Counted from the first letter of the stretch, positions 9,380-19,280 are shown. The stretch is 63,760 nt of DNA from a bacterium (GCA_024641325.1 JAHEDJ010000008.1:1-63760), one strand, 5' to 3'. Notes: generated by a model from the sequence alone, not told the origin. A program made the numbers and translations.

Positions 9380-11512
9380 CTACTTGACCAGCGGAAGGTA
9401 GATCTTCTCCGTGTAGTCGGCCACCATCCGCGCGGTTGAGAACTCGTTGATGACCGAGATGATCGACTCCTTCATCATCGCTACCCAGGCATGAGGGATT
9501 CCGGCTTCGTCACGATCGAAGAAGGTGGGAACAACCTGGTCCTGAAGAGTGTGATAGAGCGCCACGGCGTCCTCGTTGTCCTGGGCTGCGTGGTCACCGT
9601 TGCCGTATTCGCTCCCGAATACCCAGCCGTTGGATTCGTTGTAGCCCTCGATCCACCAGCCGTCGGGTGTCGACACGTTGAGCGCCCCGTTGAGAGCGGC
9701 CTTCATGCCCGACGTGCCGCTCGCCTCTTCAGGAGGACGGGGGTTGTTCAACCAGACGTCGACACCCTGCACCAGGAAACGAGCCATCCGCAGGTTGTAG
9801 TCCTCGAGGACGTACAGGTGCCCTTTGAACTCCGGCGAGTTTCCGAGTTCGTGGATCTCCTGGATGAGACCGCTGCCCCACTTGTCGGCGGGATGGGCCT
9901 TGCCGGCGAATACGATCTGCACCGGCCGGTCCGGATTGGTCAGAATCGCCTGCAGCCATGGCTTGTTGTGGAACATGAGTGTGGCGCGTTTGTAGCCGGC
10001 GAACCGCCGGGCAAATCCGATCGTCAGACGGTCACTCGGGAACATCGTCTCCACCGAGCGCAGTTCATGAGGCGAGGCGCCGTGGCGGGCATGCTGAACG
10101 CGAATACGGCCTCTGGCAAACCTGGTAAGCAATCGCTTCTGGCTGACGTGGGCAGCCCAGATTTCACCATCGTCGATGCCGCGAATGGCTTCGAACACAG
10201 AGGGCTCATTAACCAGTTTGTATCGCCAGTCGACTCCGATATGCCTCGTGAACAGGCGGTCGAGATCCCGGCTGATCCAACCCGGGGTGTGGATTCCGTT
10301 GGTCACCCCGAGCGCCGGATTTTTCAGCAAGTGGCCCCAATCCTTGTTGACTACGTCGGCATGACGCCGGCTGACTCCATTGACACGTGACGACATGCGG
10401 ATGGCCATCGCACCCATGTCGAAGCGATGGTTGTCGCCGGTTCCTTCCTCGCTTGCTCCGAGGTAGGCCAGGTATCCGAGATCGCATCCCACCAGACCGG
10501 GCCAGTAGCCGAGGTAGCGCTCGATGATGGAGAAGTCGAAGACCTCATTGCCGGCCGGAACCGGCGTGTGGAGGGTAAAGGCCGTTCTGGCGCGAATTTG
10601 TTCTTCTGCGTCCTCGAGGGTCGATCCGCCGGCAACCGCATCTTTCAGTCGCTCGAGAATCGACAGTGCCGCATGTCCCTCATTGACGTGCCAGGCGGCC
10701 GGCTCAACACCGATCGCTGCCAGGGCCTTGACCGAACCGATGCCGAGGATCATCTCCTGGCAGAAGCGCATCTCGCGTCCGCGCACGTAGAGGGTATGGG
10801 TGATCGGACGGTCGGCCGGGTCGTTTTCGGGGATGTCGGTATCCAGCAGCAGGAGCGGAATCACACCGACCTGAAGGAGCCAGACTGCGGCGGAAATCTG
10901 CCGCCCTGGGAAGTCGACGGCCACCTTGAGTTGGCCGCCCGTCGGTCCGGCAACCGGCCGCACCGGCAGTTGATGAATGTCGAGATGCGGATGCATGTGT
11001 TGCTGATCGCCGGTGACGTCGATCTCCTGGCTGAAGTAGCCGCGGCGATAGAGCAGTCCGGTGCCTATGAACGGAATGCCGAGATCGGACGCGGCCTTGG
11101 CATGATCACCGGCCAGCACTCCAAGACCGCCCGAGTAGATCGGCAGCGAGGCGTGGATTCCGTATTCGGCGCACAGATAGGCGATCGGACCTTCCGGCAT
11201 CTCATCTTTGTGTTCTCTGGTCCACCAGGTGTCCTGATCCGCCAGGTACTCGTCAAAACGACGGGTGGCCTCGGTGTAGAGATCATGGAAGGTTTCTGAA
11301 TCGTCCAAGGCGGTCCAGGTATCGGGGTCGAGCGCCCGGAGCATGTCGATCGGGTTGTGGTACTGATTCCACAATGTCGGATTTACGGTTCTCCAGAGAT
11401 CGAGGGCGACCGGATCCCACGTCCACCAGAGGTTGTAGGCGAGCTCGTAGAGCAGGGCGTATCGCGCGGGTATGCGAAGTTCGTCTGAGGTGAGTACGGG
11501 TACCTTGATCAA
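9380..11512 (-). CDS. glgP: Alpha-glucan (glycogen/maltodextrin) phosphorylase
   Basis: YSGGLGVLAGDH, NEGH, FARRFAGYKR and the EASGTSGMK PLP site. Confidence 0.93.
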   Translation of the reverse strand: MIKVPVLTSDELRIPARYALLYELAYNLWWTWDPVALDLWRTVNPTLWNQYHNPIDMLRALDPDTWTALDDSETFHDLYTEATRRFDEYLADQDTWWTREHKDEMPEGPIAYLCAEYGIHASLPIYSGGLGVLAGDHAKAASDLGIPFIGTGLLYRRGYFSQEIDVTGDQQHMHPHLDIHQLPVRPVAGPTGGQLKVAVDFPGRQISAAVWLLQVGVIPLLLLDTDIPENDPADRPITHTLYVRGREMRFCQEMILGIGSVKALAAIGVEPAAWHVNEGHAALSILERLKDAVAGGSTLEDAEEQIRARTAFTLHTPVPAGNEVFDFSIIERYLGYWPGLVGCDLGYLAYLGASEEGTGDNHRFDMGAMAIRMSSRVNGVSRRHADVVNKDWGHLLKNPALGVTNGIHTPGWISRDLDRLFTRHIGVDWRYKLVNEPSVFEAIRGIDDGEIWAAHVSQKRLLTRFARGRIRVQHARHGASPHELRSVETMFPSDRLTIGFARRFAGYKRATLMFHNKPWLQAILTNPDRPVQIVFAGKAHPADKWGSGLIQEIHELGNSPEFKGHLYVLEDYNLRMARFLVQGVDVWLNNPRPPEEASGTSGMKAALNGALNVSTPDGWWIEGYNESNGWVFGSEYGNGDHAAQDNEDAVALYHTLQDQVVPTFFDRDEAGIPHAWVAMMKESIISVINEFSTARMVADYTEKIYLPLVK

Positions 11513-11577
11513 TTGAAATCTCGCTAGTGAGTGGGGGGAAAGCTTGGGCAGGTTAGCCGTGCCCGACGGTCAGTCGA

Positions 11578-12627
11578 TCACGGAGCCACGACGAGGACCT
11601 CTGCGGTCACCTTACCAAGGCCCAGACCCAGGTATTCGGCCGTCGCCCGTGACAGGTCGAAATCCCTGCCCTCGATGAACGGACCCCGGTCGTTGACCAT
11701 CACGACCGCCTGCTTCTCACCATAGGTGACCAGAAGCAGAGTTCCATGCGGCAGCGTCTTGTGAGCGATCGTGAAGTCGCGCTCATCGAAGATGGCACCG
11801 CTCGAAGCTCGGCGCCCGTGGAACCCAGGCCCGTACCAGGAGGCAACGCCGCGCAGAGTTCGCCCGGTAGACACGAGTCCCGGCGGAACTCCGATCGTCG
11901 GTCCAAGCGGAAGCGAAGCTCGTAGCTCTCCCTGCTCGATCGATTCAGTCGCAAGAATGCCGCTTGCGCCGGTCGTGGTGATGATGTCCTCCACGAGGCT
12001 CCACCGGTAGTCACGCCACCCGGCTGTCAACTGATCGATTCGGTCCTCGAGTCGCGCCTGCTGAGCTTCGAGATCCGCCGCGAAAGCGGCGGCCAGCACA
12101 AATGCTCGCTCGCGTGCGGCGTAATCGGCTTCTGCGACGTTGACCGCCTCGAACGCCGTGTATCTGAGATCCTCCATTTCCACGAGTAGCTCGGTGATGT
12201 CGTCCAGTGATTCGGTCTCGGAGGCGTTCACGGCTTCGAGGTAATGGGTTGCGATTCCGGCTTCGGTGGGATCATCGAAGAACATCACCACCGTCAACGC
12301 GGCTGAGCCGCCACGGATGTAGAGCTGTTGGATTCCCTCGTCGAACCGGCCGCGTGCTGCCCTGAGCTCACGCTCGACCTGCTCGAGCTGCTCGAGCGCT
12401 CCGATTCGCTCGGCAAGGACTGCCTCTAGCTCGGCTCGACTGACATTGAGCGCCTGCTCCAGCCGGTCGCGTATGTTCCCGGCGTCGGCTGCGCCGGCAA
12501 CCAGATCGGGGAGTTCGAGGCGCAACTCGGCAAGCGAGTATGCACGCTCGACCGGTGTCGCTCCGAGCGCGGCAGGACCGATCGCCACGCAGACGAGGGT
12601 AAGAGCGATGAGGAAGCGCCGCCGCAC
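11578..12627 (-). CDS. rlpA: Secreted coiled-coil protein with C-terminal RlpA (DPBB) lytic transglycosylase domain
   Basis: Signal peptide, coiled-coil region, then GVASWYGPGFHGRRASSG, AHKTLP and VNDRGPF..GRDFDLS. Confidence 0.85.
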   Translation of the reverse strand: MRRRFLIALTLVCVAIGPAALGATPVERAYSLAELRLELPDLVAGAADAGNIRDRLEQALNVSRAELEAVLAERIGALEQLEQVERELRAARGRFDEGIQQLYIRGGSAALTVVMFFDDPTEAGIATHYLEAVNASETESLDDITELLVEMEDLRYTAFEAVNVAEADYAARERAFVLAAAFAADLEAQQARLEDRIDQLTAGWRDYRWSLVEDIITTTGASGILATESIEQGELRASLPLGPTIGVPPGLVSTGRTLRGVASWYGPGFHGRRASSGAIFDERDFTIAHKTLPHGTLLLVTYGEKQAVVMVNDRGPFIEGRDFDLSRATAEYLGLGLGKVTAEVLVVAP

Positions 12628-12701
12628 CCCGACATTGTGGACGTCCGAAGGCCCCGGCCCAAGTATCTACGCTGTGGAATTCGAGATGAAGGAGAATCCC
12701 A

Positions 12702-13733
12702 ATGGCATTCCCCGACGGAACAGCCGACTTCCGCTCAGACACGGTGACTCGACCATCGCAAGAAATGCGAGAGGCGATGGCTTCTGCAGTGGTCGGCGAC
12801 GATGTGTACGGCGAAGACCCAACGGCCAACTCTCTGGAAGAGCAAGCAGCGTCGCTGCTCGGCAAAGCGGCGGCGGTGTTCGTTCCGTCCGGATCCATGG
12901 GGAACCTGCTCGGGTTGGCCACCCAGGCACGCCCGGGTGACGAGGTGATCTGCGTTGAGAACGCCCACGTGCGCAACTACGAAATGGGTGCAGCCGCCGC
13001 GGTTGGCGGCATTCAGTTCAGGACGGTTGCAACCCCCAACGGAGAGATCAAGCCTGCAGATGTGGAAGCTGCGGTGGAGCAGAGCAGCTATCACCTGCCA
13101 ATCTCGATGCTCTCGTGGGAGAACACACACAACTGGTCCGGTGGCACCGTGATTCCCTTCGAACTGATGGAGGCTACTTCGGAAGCGGCTCGATCGGCAG
13201 GTTTGGCCGTGCACCTCGATGGAGCGCGGTTGTGGAATGCGGTGGCAGCTACCGGTGTCGATGCCGCCGAGTACGCTCGCCTGGCCGACACAGTCCAGTT
13301 CTGTTTCAGCAAGGGCCTGGGTGCACCGATCGGATCGATCCTGTGTGGAAGCGAGGACGTGATCACCAGGGCGCGCTACCTCCGTAAACGATTCGGTGGA
13401 GGGATGCGACAGGTCGGCGTGATCGCAGCTGCGGCGGCGGTGGCCCTGGACGGGCGTGGGCGGCTGGGTGATGATCACGTTCTGGCTCAGCAACTCGGGA
13501 AAGGGGTTGCCGAGCTGTTCCCCGCGTCGGTCTCGCTGGAACAAGTGCAGACCAACATGGTTCTCGTCCACGGCGACGGGCTGCCGGTGAGCGCCGAAGG
13601 TCTCCAGAGGCGATTGTCGGAAGCCGGGGTGTTGGTCGGTTCGATATCCAAGCACACGCTCCGATTTGTCACCCATCGTGATGTCGACGGCGATGACGTC
13701 GAGCGCGTGCTCGAAGTAGTACGGGCCTTGTAG
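12702..13733 (+). CDS. ltaE: Low-specificity L-threonine aldolase
   Basis: DFRSDTVTRP, VGDDVYGEDP, ENTHN, HLDGARL and CFSKGLGAP. Confidence 0.92.
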   Translation: MAFPDGTADFRSDTVTRPSQEMREAMASAVVGDDVYGEDPTANSLEEQAASLLGKAAAVFVPSGSMGNLLGLATQARPGDEVICVENAHVRNYEMGAAAAVGGIQFRTVATPNGEIKPADVEAAVEQSSYHLPISMLSWENTHNWSGGTVIPFELMEATSEAARSAGLAVHLDGARLWNAVAATGVDAAEYARLADTVQFCFSKGLGAPIGSILCGSEDVITRARYLRKRFGGGMRQVGVIAAAAAVALDGRGRLGDDHVLAQQLGKGVAELFPASVSLEQVQTNMVLVHGDGLPVSAEGLQRRLSEAGVLVGSISKHTLRFVTHRDVDGDDVERVLEVVRAL

Positions 13734-13781
13734 CGAGTCTTGTTACCTGATAGCTGAACCCCGTAACTTTCGCGACACGCC

Positions 13782-13787
13782 TACAGT
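13782..13787 (+). promoter_or_regulatory. Putative -10 element (TACAGT) of the fab operon
   Basis: TANNNT hexamer 11 nt before the fabD ATG. The same CTACAGTCGA occurs upstream of dnaE. Confidence 0.35.
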
Positions 13788-13798
13788 CGAAACCCGCA

Positions 13799-14749
13799 AT
13801 GTCGTATGCCGTTCTCTTTCCCGGCCAGGGAAGTCAGTATGTCGGAATGGGCGTGGACCTCTTCGAGGCGCGCCCCGATCTGTTGATCGACCAGGCCGAT
13901 GAGGTCCTCGGTTGGAGCCTGCGCGACATCTGTCTCGACGGGCCCGACGAAGAGCTGACCAGGACCGAACATGCTCAACCGGCGCTCTTCGCCCTTTCCT
14001 TTGCTTTGTGGGAGGAGTTCGCGGGGAAAGTGTCCGCCCCGCCGGCCGCAGCCGCCGGGCATTCCCTCGGTGAATACACCGCGCTGGCCGCCGCCGGGGT
14101 TTTCGACTTCGCCACCGCATTGCGGATCGTGGCCCTCCGCGGAAGAGCTATGTCGGCTGCCGCCGACGCAGCACCATCTTCGATGGCGGCGCTCATCGGA
14201 GCCACTGTCGACCTCGCCGAAGAAATCTCCGCTGCCCGCCGCGACTCGGGCGGGCAGCTCTGGGTAGCGAATCTCAACGCACCGGGCCAGATTGTGGTGG
14301 CGGGCGGAGCAGAGGACATCGAATGGCTGCAAGCAGCGGGCAGGTCGCTGGGAGTTCGCCGGGTCGTACCGCTCAAGGTTGCCGGAGCGTTCCATTCGCC
14401 GTTCATGGCTTCCGCGCAGGCGGCGCTCGCTTCCGGGCTGGCTGCAACAACACCGGTTACACCTGCTTTCAGCGTTTGGTCGAACGTAAGTGCCGCCCCG
14501 GTGCGGCGCGAGGAAATCCCGGAGCTACTCGCCGGTCAAGTTACGGCTCCTGTACGGTTCTCGGAAAGCCTTGAAGGGATGGCCGGCACGGGGATCCAAA
14601 CGTTCGTGCACGTCGGTCCCGGAGACGTGACCGCCGGCATGGCGCGGCGCACAGTTCAGGATTCCGACGTTTTCGTCATCAACGACCTCGCCGGGATCGA
14701 CGAGACCATCAAATCGCTCACGGGGGAAGAAGAGGAAGGCCCAGTATGA
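13799..14749 (+). CDS. fabD: Malonyl-CoA-ACP transacylase
   Basis: FPGQGSQ, TEHAQPAL, GHSLGEY and GAFHS motifs. Confidence 0.95.
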   Translation: MSYAVLFPGQGSQYVGMGVDLFEARPDLLIDQADEVLGWSLRDICLDGPDEELTRTEHAQPALFALSFALWEEFAGKVSAPPAAAAGHSLGEYTALAAAGVFDFATALRIVALRGRAMSAAADAAPSSMAALIGATVDLAEEISAARRDSGGQLWVANLNAPGQIVVAGGAEDIEWLQAAGRSLGVRRVVPLKVAGAFHSPFMASAQAALASGLAATTPVTPAFSVWSNVSAAPVRREEIPELLAGQVTAPVRFSESLEGMAGTGIQTFVHVGPGDVTAGMARRTVQDSDVFVINDLAGIDETIKSLTGEEEEGPV

Positions 14750-15822
14750 ACGCCACTATCACCGGATGGGGGAAGGCGTTACCACCGTCGGTTCTCACCA
14801 ACTCGGATCTCGAGTCGATCATGGACACGTCCGACGAATGGATCACCTCCCGATCCGGTATCAAAGAACGACGGATCAGCCATGTGGAAACCTCAGATAT
14901 GGCGACGATCGCCGCTCACCGTGCTCTCGCCGCCGCCGGACTCGAACCGGCCGACATCGATCTGATCATCGTCGCCACATGTTCGCCCGACACTCTCATC
15001 CCCAGCGCGGCAGCCTTCGTGCAGGCCAAACTCGGCGCCAAGAACGCGGGTGCGGTCGATCTCAACGCGGCCTGCTCCGGATTTGTCTATTCACTCGTGT
15101 TCGGTGCCAACATGATTCGCGGCGGAACCCATAAGCGAGTACTTGTGATCGGAGCCGAGAAGCTCCACTACTACATGGATTTCACAGACCGTTCGACTTC
15201 GGTGCTATTTGGGGACGGTGCAGGAGCCGTCGTGCTCGAGCCGACCGAGGCCGATGAGGGCCTGCTGTCGTCAGAACTCGGGATGGACGGAGACTCCGCC
15301 GAGTTCCTTTGCATCCCCGGTTTTGGCACCATCGGTGACCGTGTGCCCGATCTGCCGTCCGAGGTCGGGGTGCAGATGGACGGCCAGGAGGTCTTCAGAA
15401 GAGCAGTCACCATGATGGGAGACTCGTCGGTCCGGGTCGTCGAAGAGGCGGGAATCGGCTTCGAAGATGTGGACATCCTCATCCCGCATCAGGCGAATCA
15501 GCGGATCATCGACGCCACTGCCCGCAGGCTCAAACTCCCGTCGGAGCGAGTGTTTATGAACATTCATGCATACGGCAACACTTCGGCGGCAACGATACCG
15601 ATAGCTCTGACGGAGGCGTTGGAAGAGGGTCGAATCCGCCCGGGGGCCAACATCGTATTCGCGGCATTTGGGGGAGGCTTGAGCTGGGCGGCCGCCGTTC
15701 TGCGATGGGGTACCCGGACAGAGCCGATCGCCACGAGCGACGTCGATTTCCCGCCTAGTGAGCGGACCACGATGGAGCTCCTGCAGCCGAACTTCGATTT
15801 CTTTGGTCTGGAGGAGCTGTGA
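14746..15822 (+). CDS. fabH: Beta-ketoacyl-ACP synthase III
   Basis: AACSGF, FGDGAGA, PHQAN and YGNTSAA supply the Cys-His-Asn triad. Confidence 0.95.
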   Translation: MNATITGWGKALPPSVLTNSDLESIMDTSDEWITSRSGIKERRISHVETSDMATIAAHRALAAAGLEPADIDLIIVATCSPDTLIPSAAAFVQAKLGAKNAGAVDLNAACSGFVYSLVFGANMIRGGTHKRVLVIGAEKLHYYMDFTDRSTSVLFGDGAGAVVLEPTEADEGLLSSELGMDGDSAEFLCIPGFGTIGDRVPDLPSEVGVQMDGQEVFRRAVTMMGDSSVRVVEEAGIGFEDVDILIPHQANQRIIDATARRLKLPSERVFMNIHAYGNTSAATIPIALTEALEEGRIRPGANIVFAAFGGGLSWAAAVLRWGTRTEPIATSDVDFPPSERTTMELLQPNFDFFGLEEL

Positions 15823-16553
15823 GTCGGGTTGCGCTCGTGACCGGGGGTTCGCGCGGCATCGGCCGGGCGATCGCGCTCGGTCTCGCCCGGGGTGGTCACC
15901 GGGTGGCGGTCAACTACTCGACTCGCCCGGAAGCGGCCGAGTCCGTTGTTCAGGAGATCCGTTCGAATGGGGGAGAAGCTATCGCCGTCGGCGCCGACGT
16001 CTCGGACGAAGAGGCTGTCGGCCGTCTCATCCGTGAAGTGGGTGAAGGCCTGGGACCGGTGGAAGTACTGGTCAACAACGCCGGCGTGACCCGCGACGGT
16101 CTTCTTGCCCGGATGAGTTCGGATGACTGGGATCGTGTGATCGAGGTCAACCTTCGGTCCGCCTTCCTGTGCACCAAAGCGGTAATGCGGGGCATGCTCA
16201 AGAACCGCTGGGGTCGGATCATCTCGATCGGCTCGGTATCCGGGCTGGCCGGGAATCCCGGTCAAGCCAACTACGCGGCCAGCAAGGCCGCCGTGATCGG
16301 CTTCACGAAGTCCATAGCCAAGGAAGTCGGCGGGAGAGGCATCACGGTGAACGTCGTCGCACCCGGGTTCATCGAGACCGACATGACGGCTGAACTGGGC
16401 GAAGCGGCTCTCGAAGCCGCCATATCGGCGACTGCGGTCGGTAGGCTCGGGCGGCCGGAAGACGTCGCCGCCGCGGTGGCATACCTGGCCGGAGAGAACG
16501 CAGGGTTCGTAACGGGACAGGTCATCGTCGTCGACGGTGGCCTGACTATCTAG
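15819..16553 (+). CDS. fabG: 3-oxoacyl-ACP reductase
   Basis: TGGSRGIG, NNAGVTRDGL and GQANYAASK motifs; operon context. Confidence 0.95.
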   Translation: MSRVALVTGGSRGIGRAIALGLARGGHRVAVNYSTRPEAAESVVQEIRSNGGEAIAVGADVSDEEAVGRLIREVGEGLGPVEVLVNNAGVTRDGLLARMSSDDWDRVIEVNLRSAFLCTKAVMRGMLKNRWGRIISIGSVSGLAGNPGQANYAASKAAVIGFTKSIAKEVGGRGITVNVVAPGFIETDMTAELGEAALEAAISATAVGRLGRPEDVAAAVAYLAGENAGFVTGQVIVVDGGLTI

Positions 16554-16563
16554 AGGAGAGAAC

Positions 16564-16806
16564 ATGGAACGGGCAGAAATCGAGTCGAAGTTCACCGAAC
16601 TGTTGGTGAGCGAACTGGGACTCGACGCGGACAAGATCAACCCGGGGGCGAGATTCGAAGAAGACCTCGAAGTTGATTCGCTTGGAGTTGTCGAGTTGCT
16701 CATGGCGCTCGAGGACGAGTTCGACGTGACGATTCCCGACGAAGAGGCTGAAAACCTCACAACGGTGGGCGAGGCTATCGATCTCGTCGTAGCCAAGCTC
16801 GCCTGA
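16564..16806 (+). CDS. acpP: Acyl carrier protein
   Basis: Acidic 80-aa protein with the DSL phosphopantetheine site; GAGGAG RBS. Confidence 0.95.
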   Translation: MERAEIESKFTELLVSELGLDADKINPGARFEEDLEVDSLGVVELLMALEDEFDVTIPDEEAENLTTVGEAIDLVVAKLA

Positions 16807-16815
16807 GGCTCGGCT

Positions 16816-18075
16816 GTGGCAAGACACGACCGTAGGGTCGTGGTTACCGGGTTGGGCACCGTCAACCCACTCGGTGCCGACGTTGAGTCATCCTGGGCGG
16901 CAGCGCGCAGTGGAGTGTCCGGCGTCGGTCCGATCACTGCTTTTGATGTCTCGGAAACGGTGACCAAGATTGCGGCCGAGATCCCGAACTTCGACCCGCA
17001 TGATTATCTCGAGAAGAAGGACGCTCGCCGCCTCGATCGGTACACGCAGTTTTTCGTCGCTTCCACATCACAAGCGCTGGAAGATGCGGGTCTCGACTAT
17101 CGCGGCGATGACGAAGCTGCGACCGAGGTCGGAGCCATCGTTGGGGCCGGCCTGGGAGGGATGCACTCGTTCATCGAGGGACTCGACACCCTGCGCGAGC
17201 GTGGTGCGGCCAGAGTCAATCCACTCACGATCACGAAACTGATCCCCAACATGGCGGCCGGCTATGCGTCGATCGAGTTCAACCTGCAGGGTCCGACCAA
17301 CTGCACGGTTACAGCATGCGCGGCCTCGGCGAACGCGATCGGCGACGCGGCCGAGATGATCCGGCGCGGCATTGTCGATGTCATGGTCGCCGGTGGATCT
17401 GAGGCCGTGATCGTGGAATTCGCGGTGGCGGCGTTCAACTCATCCAAAGCGCTTTCCACCAGGAACGAAGAGCCGACGCGTGCCAGCCGGCCGTTCGACG
17501 CCGGGCGCGACGGATTCGTGATGGGGGAGGGAGCGGCCACGCTCATTCTCGAAGATCGTGATCATGCGCTGGCGCGTGGAGCGACGATCTACGCAGAGGT
17601 CGTCGGATATGGCATGTCCTCGGACGCCTACCACGTGACGTTGCCGCGCCCGGGGGGAGCCGGCCAGGCGAGGGCAATGACCATGGCCCTGAAGGATGCC
17701 GGACTAGAAGGTTCGGATATCGACTACATCAACGCACATGGGACCTCCACGCCGGCGAACGACCGCACAGAAACGGCGGCCATCAAGACGGCACTGGGTG
17801 ACGAGGCTGCCAGCACAGTCGCAATCTCCTCAACTAAGTCGATGACCGGCCACCTGCTGGGAGGAGCGGGTGCGTTGGAGGCGATGCTGAGTGTGCTCGC
17901 CATCCGGGACGGAGTCGCGCCTCCAACGATCAACTACGACGAACCTGATCCCGACTGCGACCTCGATTACGTTCCAAATGTGGAACGCCCGATGGAGATT
18001 CGCCACGCCATGAGCAACTCATTCGGATTCGGTGGACACAACGTAGCGTTGATCTTCTCAGCCCCGGAGGCCTAA
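16816..18075 (+). CDS. fabF: Beta-ketoacyl-ACP synthase II
   Basis: RRVVVTGLG, TACAAS, NAHGTST, GHLLGGAG and NSFGFGG motifs. Confidence 0.95.
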   Translation: MARHDRRVVVTGLGTVNPLGADVESSWAAARSGVSGVGPITAFDVSETVTKIAAEIPNFDPHDYLEKKDARRLDRYTQFFVASTSQALEDAGLDYRGDDEAATEVGAIVGAGLGGMHSFIEGLDTLRERGAARVNPLTITKLIPNMAAGYASIEFNLQGPTNCTVTACAASANAIGDAAEMIRRGIVDVMVAGGSEAVIVEFAVAAFNSSKALSTRNEEPTRASRPFDAGRDGFVMGEGAATLILEDRDHALARGATIYAEVVGYGMSSDAYHVTLPRPGGAGQARAMTMALKDAGLEGSDIDYINAHGTSTPANDRTETAAIKTALGDEAASTVAISSTKSMTGHLLGGAGALEAMLSVLAIRDGVAPPTINYDEPDPDCDLDYVPNVERPMEIRHAMSNSFGFGGHNVALIFSAPEA

Positions 18076-18076
18076 A

Positions 18077-18191
18077 CCGAGATTCTCAGCAATGCTGTCG
18101 TGCCTGGGGAACAACAGTATTGCCGAGAAAACCAACCCGAGATTCTCAGCAATGCTGTCGTGCCTGGGGAACAACAGCATTGCCGAGAAAA
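18077..18191. repeat. Two 55-bp direct repeats (period 60 bp), each an imperfect palindrome (REP-like)
   Basis: CCGAGATTCTCAGCAATGCTGTCGTGCCTGGGGAACAACAG(T/C)ATTGCCGAGAAAA at 18077 and 18137, with a single mismatch (18118 vs 18178). It lies between convergent genes. Confidence 0.95.
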
Positions 18192-18197
18192 GGGCGG

Positions 18198-18464
18198 TCA
18201 GTCCCGGTCCGGGACTTCGCAGCCGACCGTCGGCGGCGGCAAGCCTCTTTCCTGGGCGGTCTTCCACTCATCGAACGAGCGGATAGCCAACACGGCCACC
18301 ACACCCACACCGAACGCCGCTGCTACACCCGACAAGAGGGCCAGCGCAACCGCCAGGGTCGTGCCCGACCCGCTGAGTTCGGCGATGAAGTAGCCCAGCC
18401 ACGCACCGATGACCATGCCGATCAATGCCGGCAGGAACACCCATGGGTTCGGATATCGCCGCAT
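18198..18464 (-). CDS. Small membrane protein (2 TM), hypothetical
   Basis: Two hydrophobic segments. The ATG directly abuts the stop codon of the upstream gene. Confidence 0.7.
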   Translation of the reverse strand: MRRYPNPWVFLPALIGMVIGAWLGYFIAELSGSGTTLAVALALLSGVAAAFGVGVVAVLAIRSFDEWKTAQERGLPPPTVGCEVPDRD

Positions 18465-19280
18465 CTACTGACCGCTCTCCCGGGGGGTCTCGTGGGTCGA
18501 CGAGCGCTGGAGCCGTCTGCCATGATCGTCGAGGCCGGCCGCCGCGAGGATTTCGGGCGGTGCCAGCTCAGGTGGGATTGCCATCGAGCGGGTCGCCGGA
18601 GCCTCTGATTGCCTATCGACCGGCCGGGCCACGTCGCCGCTCCAGGCCAGCCACGTCTCCCCGGCAACCGAAGCCGCCAGCAGAGCCACCGCCCACCAGT
18701 CGAGTCCCCACAATGTCACCAGCCCGGCGATCGGGATTCCTATTCGGGCTGCCCAGAGGCCTTCCACCCGTCCCTTTCCGTACGCCCAGGCGACGGCAGG
18801 AGCGCCGATGATCACGAACCAGGCGGCGATCGGGACCGGCGAGCCCGTCAAGAAGGCGGTGACGCCGGGCAGAACCAGCAGGGTCAGCAGCAATGTGACC
18901 GCTTTGGGAGGTGGACCTCCCGACGTCGGAGGCTGAAGATAATCCTCGAGCGACGGCCCGACGACGGCGGAGACCGCCACGCCAGACAACAGCAACGCGA
19001 CAACCCAGTTGTTAGAAATCGGCATCGTCAGGGCCATGCCGGCCATGAGGCCGATCACAGCCATCGAAAACCGGCGCGCCCAGCGGGCCCTGACCACGAC
19101 GAGACCGACGATGGCTACCAGCGTCACGATCAGCAGATCGACGGCCGCTACTGCCGCGGCGGTCGTCCCGATCGTGGGTTCGCCAAAGGCGAGCGTTATC
19201 GCCCAGGCAATGGCAGCGGCCAACAAGGCTGCCGGAGCGAAGATTGGAGGTTTGTGCACGGCGCCATTATGACGCACCAT
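18465..19280 (-). CDS. Multi-pass membrane hypothetical protein (start uncertain)
   Basis: About 8 hydrophobic segments; coupled to the downstream small gene. Confidence 0.75.
   Translation of the reverse strand: MVRHNGAVHKPPIFAPAALLAAAIAWAITLAFGEPTIGTTAAAVAAVDLLIVTLVAIVGLVVVRARWARRFSMAVIGLMAGMALTMPISNNWVVALLLSGVAVSAVVGPSLEDYLQPPTSGGPPPKAVTLLLTLLVLPGVTAFLTGSPVPIAAWFVIIGAPAVAWAYGKGRVEGLWAARIGIPIAGLVTLWGLDWWAVALLAASVAGETWLAWSGDVARPVDRQSEAPATRSMAIPPELAPPEILAAAGLDDHGRRLQRSSTHETPRESGQ

Noticed and set aside
18077-18191. CRISPR array
   Set aside because: Only two long units with a 5-nt gap, no spacer-sized unique sequence and no cas genes.
18058-18608. Short ORFs crossing the repeat (18058-18267, 18092-18286, 18100-18393, 18120-18608)
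   Set aside because: They are by-products of the 60-bp period and shadows of the minus-strand genes.
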